The translations under genes were made by a program, and so were the position numbers. From Dirinaria sp. TL-2023a (taxonomy: Eukaryota), in NCBI GenBank assembly GCA_051941275.1, contig JAVEBF010000046.1, positions 1 to 40,454 on the forward strand: a stretch of 40,454 bases of DNA, written 5' to 3'. Position 1 is the first letter of the stretch. Each line of letters starts with the position of its first letter. This document shows, in pieces, positions 1 through 11,280 of this stretch. The notes beneath the pieces are model-generated. The model was not told the DNA's origin, made no database searches, and worked only from the letters and a program-made list of their open reading frames with translations.

Positions 1-3000
1 GGTGGATGCAAGTGGGTGGATCTTTTTTGATGTTGGTGTTGCATTATTATTATTTTGTTTTTGATTCAATCGTGCAGGTCACCTTAGCTCCCGAGTAGCA
101 TTTTAGCGGGATCTGCCCCCTTTTTTAAAGCCCGCTAATAAACAAGCAGCAGCCAGCGCCTGCTAATAAACCGACCCGCACAGGGATGCGCCCACTCACC
201 TACCGAGCTACCTTACACTCCTAAGTACACCCATCCCGTAGGCTGGCTTCTGCTAGTCGAGTACCTCTAGGTATGTACTGGGGCATTATTATTGTGGTGA
301 GGTATACTGTGTACATGATTATGGAAGGGTGCTCAGAATGCTCTTCAGCAGGCTCCTCGGTATACTCGGACACTAAGTACGAGTACAGTACGAGTACATC
401 ATGTACGGTACATACTGAACTAACTAGACCACCCACACTTATTCGTCAGTACCTAGGATGTTAAATGGAATGTCGATTGTCGAGGCAATGACGGAGGGAA
501 CATCTTCGGGACGGTCCTTAGCGGACTTTGTTAGTGAGGCCTTAATTGTGGTCCGTACCGATTTAACTCGACCCTCCCTACCCTCCTCCCCTCCAATCCC
601 AGTGCACATCCTGACGATCTGTCTCGATGCGCACCCGGTTATGGCTGGCGATTGCGGGCGAATGAGGGCGTTCTCATCTGGTCCTGTTAGCTTCAGATGA
701 GTATTTCAGATCCAGGCAGAGAGATGATCCAAGGCCATGCGCTACAGCAGTCAAATCATTCTCTGTGTTTCTCCTTGTGCGCTCTTCTTCTCATGTAATT
801 GCCATGCGCCCAGCTGCGAGATGATGCTCGCCTCGGCAAGGTCCGATTCTACCTGCGGTCCCTGATTGGAATACGGAGCACGCGCTACAGGACTGTGTAC
901 GAAACGGGACCAGAAGCTGGAGTGCTGAAGCAGAGTTTTTCCGCCTTGCCTCCAAGAGGTCAGGAGCCGCCGAACAAGTGGTGTCACAGATTTGTCATTG
1001 TCGTCCACGTTACTATCCATATACGCGTCCGGGAGATTGGGCGCCCTTAGCTCGAATCATTTGTGAGGTTCGGAAGCCGGAAACGTCGTCGAGCTGCTAT
1101 TCTGGTTTAAGGGTATTTGGCGTCGTCTCGACAGTCAGCCACCGCTTGCCCTCAGCAGGGCCGAGAACACGGTCTTTTCAGGCCCAATGACGTCGCCGGC
1201 ACACTGTCTTTTCGTCGGTGCTTCACTCGGCGAGAGGAGCGGGTTGACTTTGCAGAACAAAGGCGTTCAATAGTAGCGGGCGGTTGTCGTATCAGGAGTA
1301 GTAGTCGTAGTAGTCGAGGTAGTCGTAGGAGTAGTCGTAAGGTAGTAAGTCATGGTTGTCATAGTAGTCATAGTAATACTAAACGAAAATTTGCCGACAA
1401 TTCGCAGTCTAAGATTCCAAGTGTGTCCTCCAACGCGCGCAAGCACGGTAGTCGAATGCGAGAATCATGCCTCCTCCCCCCTCCCCCCTTCGCCCAAAAC
1501 TCGGATGCGGGCAAATGAGCCATGCAGCAGAATGTGTCTGGGCAACAGACTCATGCAAGCTATCACCAGCAATTTGGCCGAGTTCGTGCCGACATCATCC
1601 AGTGCTAGGTGATGACCGTCAGTATGATGTCGCCCTCTCCACATCGATGTCGTGTCCCGCAAGACTGGTCGACGATCAGGGGCCGAACACATGACTTCAT
1701 GCACTCAACGGTCGTCAATCTTCCTTTTGCCTTTTTGCTCGGCCTGCATCGCTCGACTCTCGAGCCGCAACAATACCCATATGCACACCAGCGCATCAAG
1801 CGATCATCGGAGGGAAGCAACTGCAACTCGATTCAGGAGATAATTTCCTCTTGTGACAAATCCTAGCCGGTACTGCATCTCTGGGGTCATGGATCGGCGG
1901 CTTTGCATCACCTTCGCACATGGCCCCAATGTCGCTATCCGTGCAGTGATCTAGCGTCTGATGCAGAGCGGCAGATCTTGGTAACAGAACACACGCACGC
2001 CAGCCCCAGCCCATGCGCCCGTTTCATATATGCCGGCAGCCTACAGACTGCTAATTTACTACCCACCATTGCCTACAATCGTCGGTTTGCAACTTCCAGG
2101 CTGATAAAGCTGAGATAACCGTGCTCCAATCTGGCCCTCTATGCAACACTGTTTGAATCACAAGATGTGGGGAAGGGTGTTAAGTAGAACACACATTTTC
2201 TCTGAAAAGGACGACTTCCGCTTGCGCATGCCCAAGCTTGAAGCCGCTCGGTCCATGGCTGCGACGGGGATATAGTGTTCCTGGTCTAATGGTTGGGTTG
2301 TGTGGTGGAAGAGTTCTCCTCCCACAAACTGCGACTCGACTTGGACATCTACATCACACGCGCAGTAACAAAAAGGGGCTATCTCGTTCAGGCCGAGCGA
2401 AATTGGTTGTGCTTGGTTTTTATGGTGTTATCACTCACTCTCCTGGTGTTCGTTGTTGATACGGTGAAGTAGCTTGCGGTAGCGCTATGCGTTGCCACCT
2501 GGTCTCCCAGTCTCCCAGTCTCCCATCTTTCCGAGAAATCAGGTATCGCTTTGGCATTGAACGTCTTCAAATCAGCTGAAAACGAGCAGACTCGATGTGT
2601 GACCCATTGGCCGGAAGCGGACGGATGGCCCGGCGGATTGCTCAGCTCACCAGTACCGTAGAGGTAAGTTTCGTAGCAGTGAGATACTTCCCTGTGCGCC
2701 GAGGCAGCCTTCAATGGCAGGCATTATTGTGACGGAAGGGCCAAAGAGAGAGGTATAGACGGCAATACATACCTTAGGAATTGCGGTGCTTAACCCCGGC
2801 CAGTTGTTCACTAATCATGGTTCTTCCGGACGTATGGGCACTTATCATACCTGTGAAATTTTGCATGTGCAACGGCCCACCCACCATTCCACCTTGCCCA
2901 TGATCCATGAAGAGTAATTCTCATCATTTGATGCATATCCTGTCCCATCATCCAAGTTAGCAATGCACTGATTCGGGATTAGTTCGAGGAATGGGCCTTG

Positions 3001-4269
3001 CACCACCTCGTTATCCTGAGTTGGTTATAATTGCGGAACCCACTTCGGGCGCTAGACTCCGTTCCCCAAAGCCCCTACCTAGGTCTTTCAAGAAATATGA
3101 TAAAGAGGAGATAGGAGTCCGTACTACCCCAAGAAAAAGAAAAATCCCTGCCGATTTTAGGGTCAGTAGACAAGTCATATTGACAGTCCGGCGTCCAGTA
3201 ACATCTTCTCGACACCACTTCATCTTGCAAGGATCATTCGTTGTAGCAGTGCAGATGCCTTTCACATCTTTCTTACTCAAGGCCTGGTTCAGATGTGACG
3301 GTTACACTCTACCGGCTGACTATGTAGACCATCCAACATGATCCGTGCCGGCTCTCCTCTCCAAGATACGTACGGGAGTCATCCAAAACTCCGCCTCTTG
3401 AAATCGGTAAAGAGGGCTCAGTAGCGACGTCTCGATGCCATGAAGCTTCTTCAGTAGGGCCCATTTAGACCACTGCTTTTGTCGAGTATCGCCTGAACTT
3501 CTAGTTCAATAAGAGCATCCAAAGTTCAGACCAAGAACCATGAGAGCTTGAAGTGCTCTTACAAGAGCTCAAGCATGCTTGACGCACAATAGCCTTTGCT
3601 GAATCCGGCCTCTCTTATTGCAGGATCTGCTATCGCGCTATTGCAAAAACCTTGAGTGGGCGTAAGAAGCAACGCGACTTCTTGACGATGGCATAATAGA
3701 TAAGGAAATGAGGTAGATCAAATCCGGTTTTGGCGAAGGCGTGAGTGTGGAGCGCGGAGCGCAGGACAGCAAAACCTCCGACGTGTGTACAGGATTATTT
3801 GCTTTAGATATGTCTCTGAGAGCTTCTCTCTAGGATTCTTATGAAGCGGGAAGGAATGATCAGTCTCTCTTCTAATTACTACCCAAAGGCCCTATGACAC
3901 GTCAGTGTTGCTGCAGCTAATCGCTCATATTGCATGCAGCCAAATCTAAGGGGCATTAATCGATTCGGATCCAATGCATTTGCTAGTTTGATTTACCATG
4001 CTCAGTGAAAGTGATATCCAGTTTACGCAGTATCATCTAGATGTTAAACTCAACATCGAAGCCTTCGTCCAATTAAATTCCGCATGTGGTGGCTGGCCGC
4101 AGGCTTGTGTTCCGAACCCTCCAGGATATCTAAATGCGAATGCACTATGGTCAGGTCACTCATAGGATCCAAAGACACGCTGTGATTTCGGTTTCGGAGG
4201 CAGATATTGAGCTTTTGAAAGCTAGAAATGTTTATTTGACTGGATCACCGCTAGTCTCGCTATGTTTCC

Positions 4270-5114
4270 TTACTCATCGTCTTCCTCATCGCTATCATCG
4301 ATCGTCTGCTGTGCGATACCTGAATGAAATACGCATTAGCCCAGGCAGTACCAACATGTTCAACTCTTCTATGGCGCTCTAACTTACGATCGAGGTCTCG
4401 TTGCCCACTCTGCGTTATCCTCCTCCCTCCCTTATCTTCATCTTGCTCCAATACTCCGATCTTCTCCAACGACTTCATCACATTGCGATCCACACTCCCG
4501 CTCGCGTCCACATGGTGACTAGGTCTCGATCCACGATTCTTGGTGCTGCCGTGCACTTTCCGCATACGGCCTACGCCAACGGCTTTACGCATATAGATAT
4601 GGCGCGCGACGGCGGCTGCGCGGACGTAGTACCTATTCGAAGAGAAGAACCCAAGTCTCAGCTAAATGTATTTGGGGAGTAGATTGCGTGGAGAAGGATG
4701 GGGTGGACAGCACCAATCGCTTGACTGTGGAGGCAGCTCTTTCGAGTGAGAAGTTTTGACAGTGTCGACCCAGCCTAGATACACGCCGAAAGTGTCAACA
4801 ATGGTACATGCACCAGTATGGCGATCTTTAGCTGCTGTCCTGGAAGGAGCGGCCGCATACCTGGTATAGGCAGTTTTCCTTGTCGCTTCAAGAATTCCGA
4901 GTATTTGGCAATGAACTTCTGAGCCTAGTTGCCGTCGTAGAACATCAGTATCAGAGAGCAAAAGAATCATAGGGCGTCCAGCCTCCTTGCGAAAACTAGA
5001 AGTCTGCAAGTGTACTTCTTTGGTCCAAGACAGTTCGACCTCGAGCCACTCAATGTTCAATATGGAGGTGAGCAGACTCACATCGACATCTCGCACACTG
5101 ACTCCTCCGGGCAT
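4270..5114 (-). CDS. RPS19: 40S ribosomal protein S19 (eS19); 5 exons: 5114-5082, 4924-4861, 4774-4714, 4632-4388, 4319-4270
   Basis: Spliced translation MPGGVSVRDVD-AQKFIAKYSEFLKRQGKLPIPG-WVDTVKTSHSKELPPQSSDW-YYVRAAAVARHIYMRKAVGVG...GGRRITQSGQRDLDR-IAQQTIDDSDEEDDE* matches the eS19 family; GT-AG introns keep frame. Confidence 0.97.
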
Positions 5115-5563
5115 GATTGCGATCTAGGACTGCACCTCGACAGCGTATGTATCTATTTGCATCGAAATGAATTGAAAATGCGTTGATCTCGACATTTCGT
5201 GTGTGCGGGACGATCGCTTAGCCTCAAAGGGACTAGTACAATCAGCGGTCACCTTACGTAATAGAACATCCCTCTCTAGCCTCCCGAGCCTCCTTCCCTC
5301 TCTTCTGATTTGTCTCAGAGTATGTCGGAAAACGTCCAACAGATTTTATATCAAGGAGATATTTTGCAATCGTTCATCTATTTCTATCCCTTGATAAGGC
5401 CAGCGCATAAATGAGCAGCATGGTGGATCTCATCAGCCTACAACTTCGACGCACCATTCATACGACGCTACTTCAACAGCAAGCTTCATCGGGGTTTCCT
5501 TTCCTACCATAACATTGACCTTGCGTTTCTTATCCATCTACGTCGAAATGGTCTACCGGCGAG

Positions 5564-8500
5564 TCATCGGTTAGGATTGATCCATGCTCTGATCCCTTCG
5601 GTAGAGAATGCTCCGAAGAATCCGGCTGTAGTACCAGACTTTGTTTTGATGGTCTCTATCGAGCTAACTTCAGGAGACCGGCGCCATGGTTCCATTGCTG
5701 CAATTCCCGGTGCCACGGACCTCTGGACAACCTTTTTGCTCTTGAAAAGTTTCCTGCTAGCCAAGGAAGTACTTCTACGTAAAGCCTGGGGGTCCCGCGA
5801 CCCGGCTAGCGTGCGATTCCTCCAGCCTAAATTGAGATCCATTGACTTAGACCCGTGCAGCTTCGGTTGCTTTTCTTTCGTAATCTCTTGAGGTCGAGCG
5901 AGCTTTTCTGGAATGCATTCTTGTCTGCCGTCTGCATGGCTAAAGGTGCTTGCAGAGCGTTTGGTAAAGCTACTACTGATACTTGCTTTACTCAATCTTC
6001 GAATCAATGAATTTGCCGAGCTCCGAATCAAGTTCTCTCCTCGTGGCCCAGTCATTCCAGGATAAGGCAGAAGCTCTCGAGTCCAGACATTAGCAAGCTG
6101 ATGTTCCATGCGAATCCTCTCTGTGCGATTCGGAGCCAGTGACGGCAGGCGATTAGAAGATTGTAGCGATTGAGATCGACCCACCGAGTCCGCCGGGGAG
6201 ACATTTCGATCGCGATGGCCGTTAGGTACGCTCGTATTTCTGATTAGCACATGGTAGGCGGAGCTCCTTGGTATAGTAGCAGCACGTTGGATAGACAGAC
6301 GTCGGTTCAGAGGATATTTTCGACGAAAAACCTGGCCGTAGGACTTCATGTCTAATTCCATAATCGCATAGGTCAGTGGCGATATGAGGTCGTCCTCGGT
6401 CTGTCGTTGATCTGCCTTGGCTGAGTATTCCCCTATATGTTGCTTCCACTGTTCTTCTTCTTGTGAAGAGCAAGCGCAGAACATGATTTCGTACAACAGA
6501 TACTCGCTTTCAAAAAGCAATTTCCACGAGTACGGCGCCGTATGGCATTGCAAGCCTAGCGTTAGTTCAACAGTTGTGTTACCCTTGAGTGTCATTTTCA
6601 GCTCACCTCTGCCGTTACAAGGCTCCTCAATCCGAACGTTCCCCAGGAAAATAAGAGCCTCGGTATTATAATTTGGGCTTTCCAGGCAGGGCCTAGCAAT
6701 AAGGAGGTATGACCTGAACAGTACACAGAGCATAAAGTCGCCGCGTAGCCCGTTTGGCGTTTGATAGGCTAGATATAGTACCCCACATAAGAGAGCATGG
6801 CCAAGCAATCGAAGGGAGAGCGGCGCAGTCGGCTACAAACGTTAGTACTTTCGAGGCTCAAGAGATGATGAAAATATACCGGGACGTTCGTACCACGTCA
6901 GGGACAGTAAGAAGGTCTTGAAGATGCCATGAACGTTGGATACGGTCCCTGGCCTCTTGGTCATTGGTGGCTTTGTTAATTTCCTGTGCAGTTTCCCTTA
7001 ACCTAGAAAGGACCTTTTCGATTTCCCTACGCGACTTGGGGTCGTCTAAGGCCGGCGTGTATTTATACAAGTCGGCGAACAGGAGTGGGTACTTGCAGAC
7101 GCGCTGGATGGGCTTGCCAGATATCTGGTTAGCAAGGCTCGGAAACACATGTGGCCACACACCTTGATTAGTAAGTCCTCGAATGTTAGGCCTTTGCGAT
7201 TGCCCGATTCATGACCATGGCTCGGTACAAGCGAATGGGCCATTGCTTCTATGCTTCGTTCATAAGCCTGCCAAATCGGGATCTGCTTCGACGTTGCGGC
7301 CATGTCGCACAACATTGACTCATACTTGGCACCGTATTCCTCGTAGACGAAGAAGCGCGGCATCTATCATGCAATAAGGCGTTGGTTCCATTTAAAACTT
7401 GACTCAATTTGTGACTCTGACTTACTACACGATCAAACACGCGAGCAACATCCGCAGACTCATGTGGTTCAGAAGTGAGGATCTGATTCTTGGATCGGTC
7501 TGGCCTAGAGTTGTTCACGGATTGTCGAGCGATAGGTACTGCTGTTTGTATAATCATTCCTTGGGAGCGGTCTTCGCTCTTGCTTTGGTTGTGCCTCGAT
7601 CGTGGGCCCAGTTGGATATGCTTACTGGAACTAAGTTCCAGCTCTGGCAATATTCGGCGCAGACGCAACACGATGTCTTCGTGCAATGTCAGGATTTCAT
7701 GCACGTTCCGATGTATCTCCACCCATGTACCTTGTGAGACAACGGCAGCACTCTGTATTAAAGGGAGGTACACCTGCGTTCACTGTCAGTTTGGTCCGGT
7801 GACTGCAGAACCGTACGTAGTTCTGCTCACGTTGACCAGGACTTTGAGGTCTGCCACATAGCTCTCCTCAGAGATTGTGAGTTCTTCCAGGATACTGCGT
7901 CGTTGTCTAGCCCTGTCCCAAGCAACTTCATCAACTACGTGAATGGGTTCTCGAGTACTGTCTGAGGAAAACTTGTTTGCTGCGTTTAGCTTATTATTTC
8001 TTTGACTTCTGCGAGCCCCATTTGAGCGTTTGCTATGAGGAGCGACTAAGCTTGTCGTCGCTGACTTGACTGCTGTTGCGATACTTGAGGATGATTTCGA
8101 AGAAGACTTGCTGTGGCGCGTGCTTTTCCTTCGTCGTTTAACTGATGCATCGTCTGCTTGGACTAAGTCTAAGTCGTCCACTGACCAACGTTCCTCTCGA
8201 ATCTTGAGGGACGCTCTACGACTTGGACTTTTACGGCGTACAGATTTCATGAATCTCTTCAAGGGGTGCCTCATTGCTTCAGTGATCGCAATAGATGGGT
8301 AGTCTCCTTCTGGACCTTTGACTGGTTGGTGTCTTCGAGGCGAGATTGACAAGATATCTCTCTTTGTCACGTCGAATGGAAGGCGAGGCTGCGCGCTGGT
8401 CATGTGGTCTCTCAATCTTATTTCGTCTTGCTCACAAGCAGCGCTAAGATTTGTCTCCGTCCATGATTCTACGTCAGGAAAAGAGTTTTGTGGCGAAGAG

Positions 8501-8841
8501 TCTTGTGGCACTTCGGTGTGGGTTTCACGATCAGATTGCAGCGATGCCTTTGATTTAGGAGATTTAGAATTCATGGCGCTCACTCCCAAAAAGTGCGACG
8601 AGTATGAGGCCTCTCGGCAAGGATAGCCATTATCATTCCTCTCACGAAGCGGAATTCTTGAATTTGAGCCTGACGACTCAAATGAGCTCACAGACACTTT
8701 GCGACCCGGCTCTGATCGCACGTTTTCCGTGAATGAGTGGGGCTGGTGTGGATGTCGATACGTTGGCCAACTATGCCTGGCTTCAGGAGTCGGAGACGAT
8801 GACTGAGAGCTGGGGAAACGGTATAGCAGATTCTGCGGCAT
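5564..8841 (-). CDS. Rho guanine-nucleotide exchange factor (DH + PH-like domain); exons ~8841-7831, 7773-7426, 7363-7163, 7112-6894, 6832-6607, 6555-5564; start codon uncertain
   Basis: DH motifs RRSILEELTISEESYVADLKVL, FFVYEEYGAKY, LTFEDLLIK|PIQRVCKYPLLFADL; PH-like LGHALLCGVLYLAYQ...GLQCHTAPYSWKL; exons join in frame through GT-AG introns. Confidence 0.88.
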
Positions 8842-9419
8842 GGCTCTCACATGCAAACTTTAGTACAGCCAATAGAAATGAAGGGCAGCCCAGGGACCAA
8901 TGGACAAAAGACAATCATCAAGCATGATAGAAAGCCATAAGTGCTATGAAGCCTGTGACAGGTAATGTGCCAGAGTGGTATGATGCTTGAATAATGATTT
9001 CAAGAATACTGTATGGAGGGAATTCGAAAATGGAAAGAAGTTTGGAGAACGGGTTTTAGCTTGATCTGCCATGATCAATCAAGAGTAACTATGGAAGGAG
9101 CAGTGGGAGAGGGAACGGATATGCAGTAGATCGGCAGTATGGGGCTCTAAAGCTCAACTGCTCAGGCTGGGCAATGCACAGCATATGGCTCTAAATTGGT
9201 AGCTCTTTCACTGAAACACGTCATGGAAGTACGATGAGACAACGTATACCCAGCGGAAAGTTCTCAGTGAGCTAAAGTTTAAGTCGGCATAGCTCGGTGA
9301 CATCAAGTACATAATCCAAGAGTCTAGAAAAAGTCACCATTTACAATATGTACTGTACGTCAGTGTAGTACCTTTATTCTGTCATAAATTGGTCTGATGT
9401 TTCTCCGGCCAGGTAGAGC

Positions 9420-9474
9420 AAGCTCGGTTCAAGCTCGGTTCAAGCTCGGTTAAAGCCCGGTTAAGGCTCGGTTG
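9420..9474. repeat. Tandem repeat, 5 x 11 bp (AAGCTCGGTTM consensus)
   Basis: AAGCTCGGTTC AAGCTCGGTTC AAGCTCGGTTA AAGCCCGGTTA AGGCTCGGTTG read directly. Confidence 0.95.
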
Positions 9475-9574
9475 TTGATCGTGAGAAGCTTACAGGACGA
9501 GGGGACTTCACTAGCCGGAGGATGCGTGCAGCCGGGCATTTCACATTGTCAAAGACCTCTTCTACATTCTCGTT

Positions 9575-10462
9575 ATGGGCTTGCTTATGGATGACATACA
9601 CGCCCCGTCGGTGCCTTCAGGTGCAGTCACCGGGCATCGCTCTAGCGATAAGCCAAAGGAAGGCGTGCCTTTATTCGAACTTATGAACCAAAAGCAGCAG
9701 CTGGAAGAGGAACTCAAGGCCCTAGGTAGCGTGCTTGACAGTGTAAGTCATGCATAAGATATCTCTCAAGATCCAGAAAGAAATACTTAGCCTCTTTATG
9801 TCCTCAGCACGGCGTTAATATGCATACGAGCCTTACTACTTTCGACGGCTATCCAAGGGATGATATCGACGTCGCTCAAAGTGTGTAGAACCTATCAACC
9901 AGCTTGGCATAACAGGATACCAACAATCTCCCAGTACGGACAACAAGGGCTCAAGTGATACGACTACGAAATGACTACAAGGGTCTTATGTCAGAGATCG
10001 AGGCCGGACTGCATGCCCATCATGCCTCCCTTCGGGAAACAAGCGAGCCGCCTCCATCACAGTCGATTTCGGACTTGCGACAAGTAAGCTCAAACGGATC
10101 CAGTAGTATCGGGCTCCTTCAGACCCCATTCGCAAGAGTCAACAGTGTGGTAAGCGGTAGTCCGGCGGACGAAGCGGGCCTAAGAGCTGGGGATCGAATA
10201 CGAAGATTCGGTGCTGCAAATTGGATCAATCACGAAAAACTGGGAAAGGTTGCAGAGGTTGTGCAGGAGAATGAAGGAGTATCTGTGTCCTACATGATTT
10301 TTAAGAGCTTACTGACTGTGACTACAGCGTCCAATCCTTGTCGATATTTCGAGGGACGATTTCCGTAATGACAATGTGCCGAATGAGATGCAGCTACAGC
10401 TAACACCGAGACGAAATTGGGGCGGACGTGGACTTCTAGGTTGCCACCTTCTTCCCTTTTGA
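9575..10462 (+). CDS. NAS2: 26S proteasome assembly chaperone p27/PSMD9 (Nas2 N-domain + PDZ); exons 9575-9742, 9808-9880, 9935-10278, 10328-10462
   Basis: LGSVLDS-HGVNMHTSLTTFDGYPRDDIDVAQ-IRTTRAQVIRLRNDYK, PFARVNSVVSGSPADEAGL (PDZ), C-terminal LTPRRNWGGRGLLGCHLLP*. Confidence 0.95.
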
Positions 10463-10586
10463 GCGCTCAAGCGTACTAGCTGAATACATGTCCTTGACCG
10501 TACTTTGCAAAGCCGATTCCGGGAACATGGAGGCGTTAAGTAATTGATAACCAGATAAGCGTGATATGTCGCGACACTATGGATAG

Positions 10587-11048
10587 GAGTCATGGTCTAT
10601 TACGGGCTAAAAGTGTCAAAGCATCATTAGTGACTCAGGTGTTGAGGCGATATTGTTTCATGGGCACATTTAGGAAATACACCAGGAGCGTGAGAGAAAG
10701 ACGGTGTTACTCACCCAAGCTCCCTGACTCTGCTCGGTTGGACATGGTGCATCCTGTGCCACGCATCAAGCTTTAAAGGTTGCAGGACTCCATCAGCTGT
10801 CCCGTCAGTCGAAAAAATGACATATGCACATTTAAATGAAGCATCTCCAAGCCACCCACAGTATATCTGTCCTTCGAAAAGTGAAAGTGTCATTTTACCG
10901 CAAATCAAGGCATACCTAATCTAGAGCAGGATTGAGGAGCCAATGTCTGTGATTCCGTCCCAGTGTCAAAGCAGGTCCTGTCAGTTACGGGTGAAGGCTC
11001 AGTACACACTAACATACCATACTTCAAAATAGGGGTAGTGATGACTAA
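10587..11048. promoter_or_regulatory. Cluster of TGACTC-type sites (Gcn4/CpcA or Bas1-like) upstream of ADE13
   Basis: GAGTCA 10587-10592, TGACTCA 10631-10637, TGACTC 10725-10730, TGACTAA 11042-11048. Yeast ADE genes are regulated through TGACTC by Bas1 and Gcn4; function here is inferred. Confidence 0.4.
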
Positions 11049-11280
11049 TCACTCTGGACTGCCAAGGCCTCGCTTTTGCGCACATCATCCCGCGGTTGTC
11101 CCTGATCATTGTAATGATTGTTGCTGAGAAGGAAACTGATCCACAGTCATGGTAGAATGGGAGCAAAATTATTGAGGCATCCAAAAAACAAAATCGTGTT
11201 CAATATTTTGATTCTACACTACCGATTTTCAAAAGCGATATTCGAAATAAGTCCCTGCAAAGATTACGAAATCGACCAAA

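Noticed and set aside
3154..3166. TTAGGGTCAG as a telomerase RNA template
   Set aside because: A single imperfect repeat, expected by chance; no supporting TER structure identified.
4662..5114. 150-aa read-through ORF from the RPS19 ATG
   Set aside because: Arises from unspliced introns; the spliced product matches eS19.
9420..9474. CRISPR-like array
   Set aside because: Contiguous 11-bp units without spacers, in a eukaryotic context with no cas genes.
11038..11105. GTGATGA...CTGA pair resembling a box C/D snoRNA
   Set aside because: No proper terminal stem, no clear C'/D' boxes and no rRNA complement that I could recognise.
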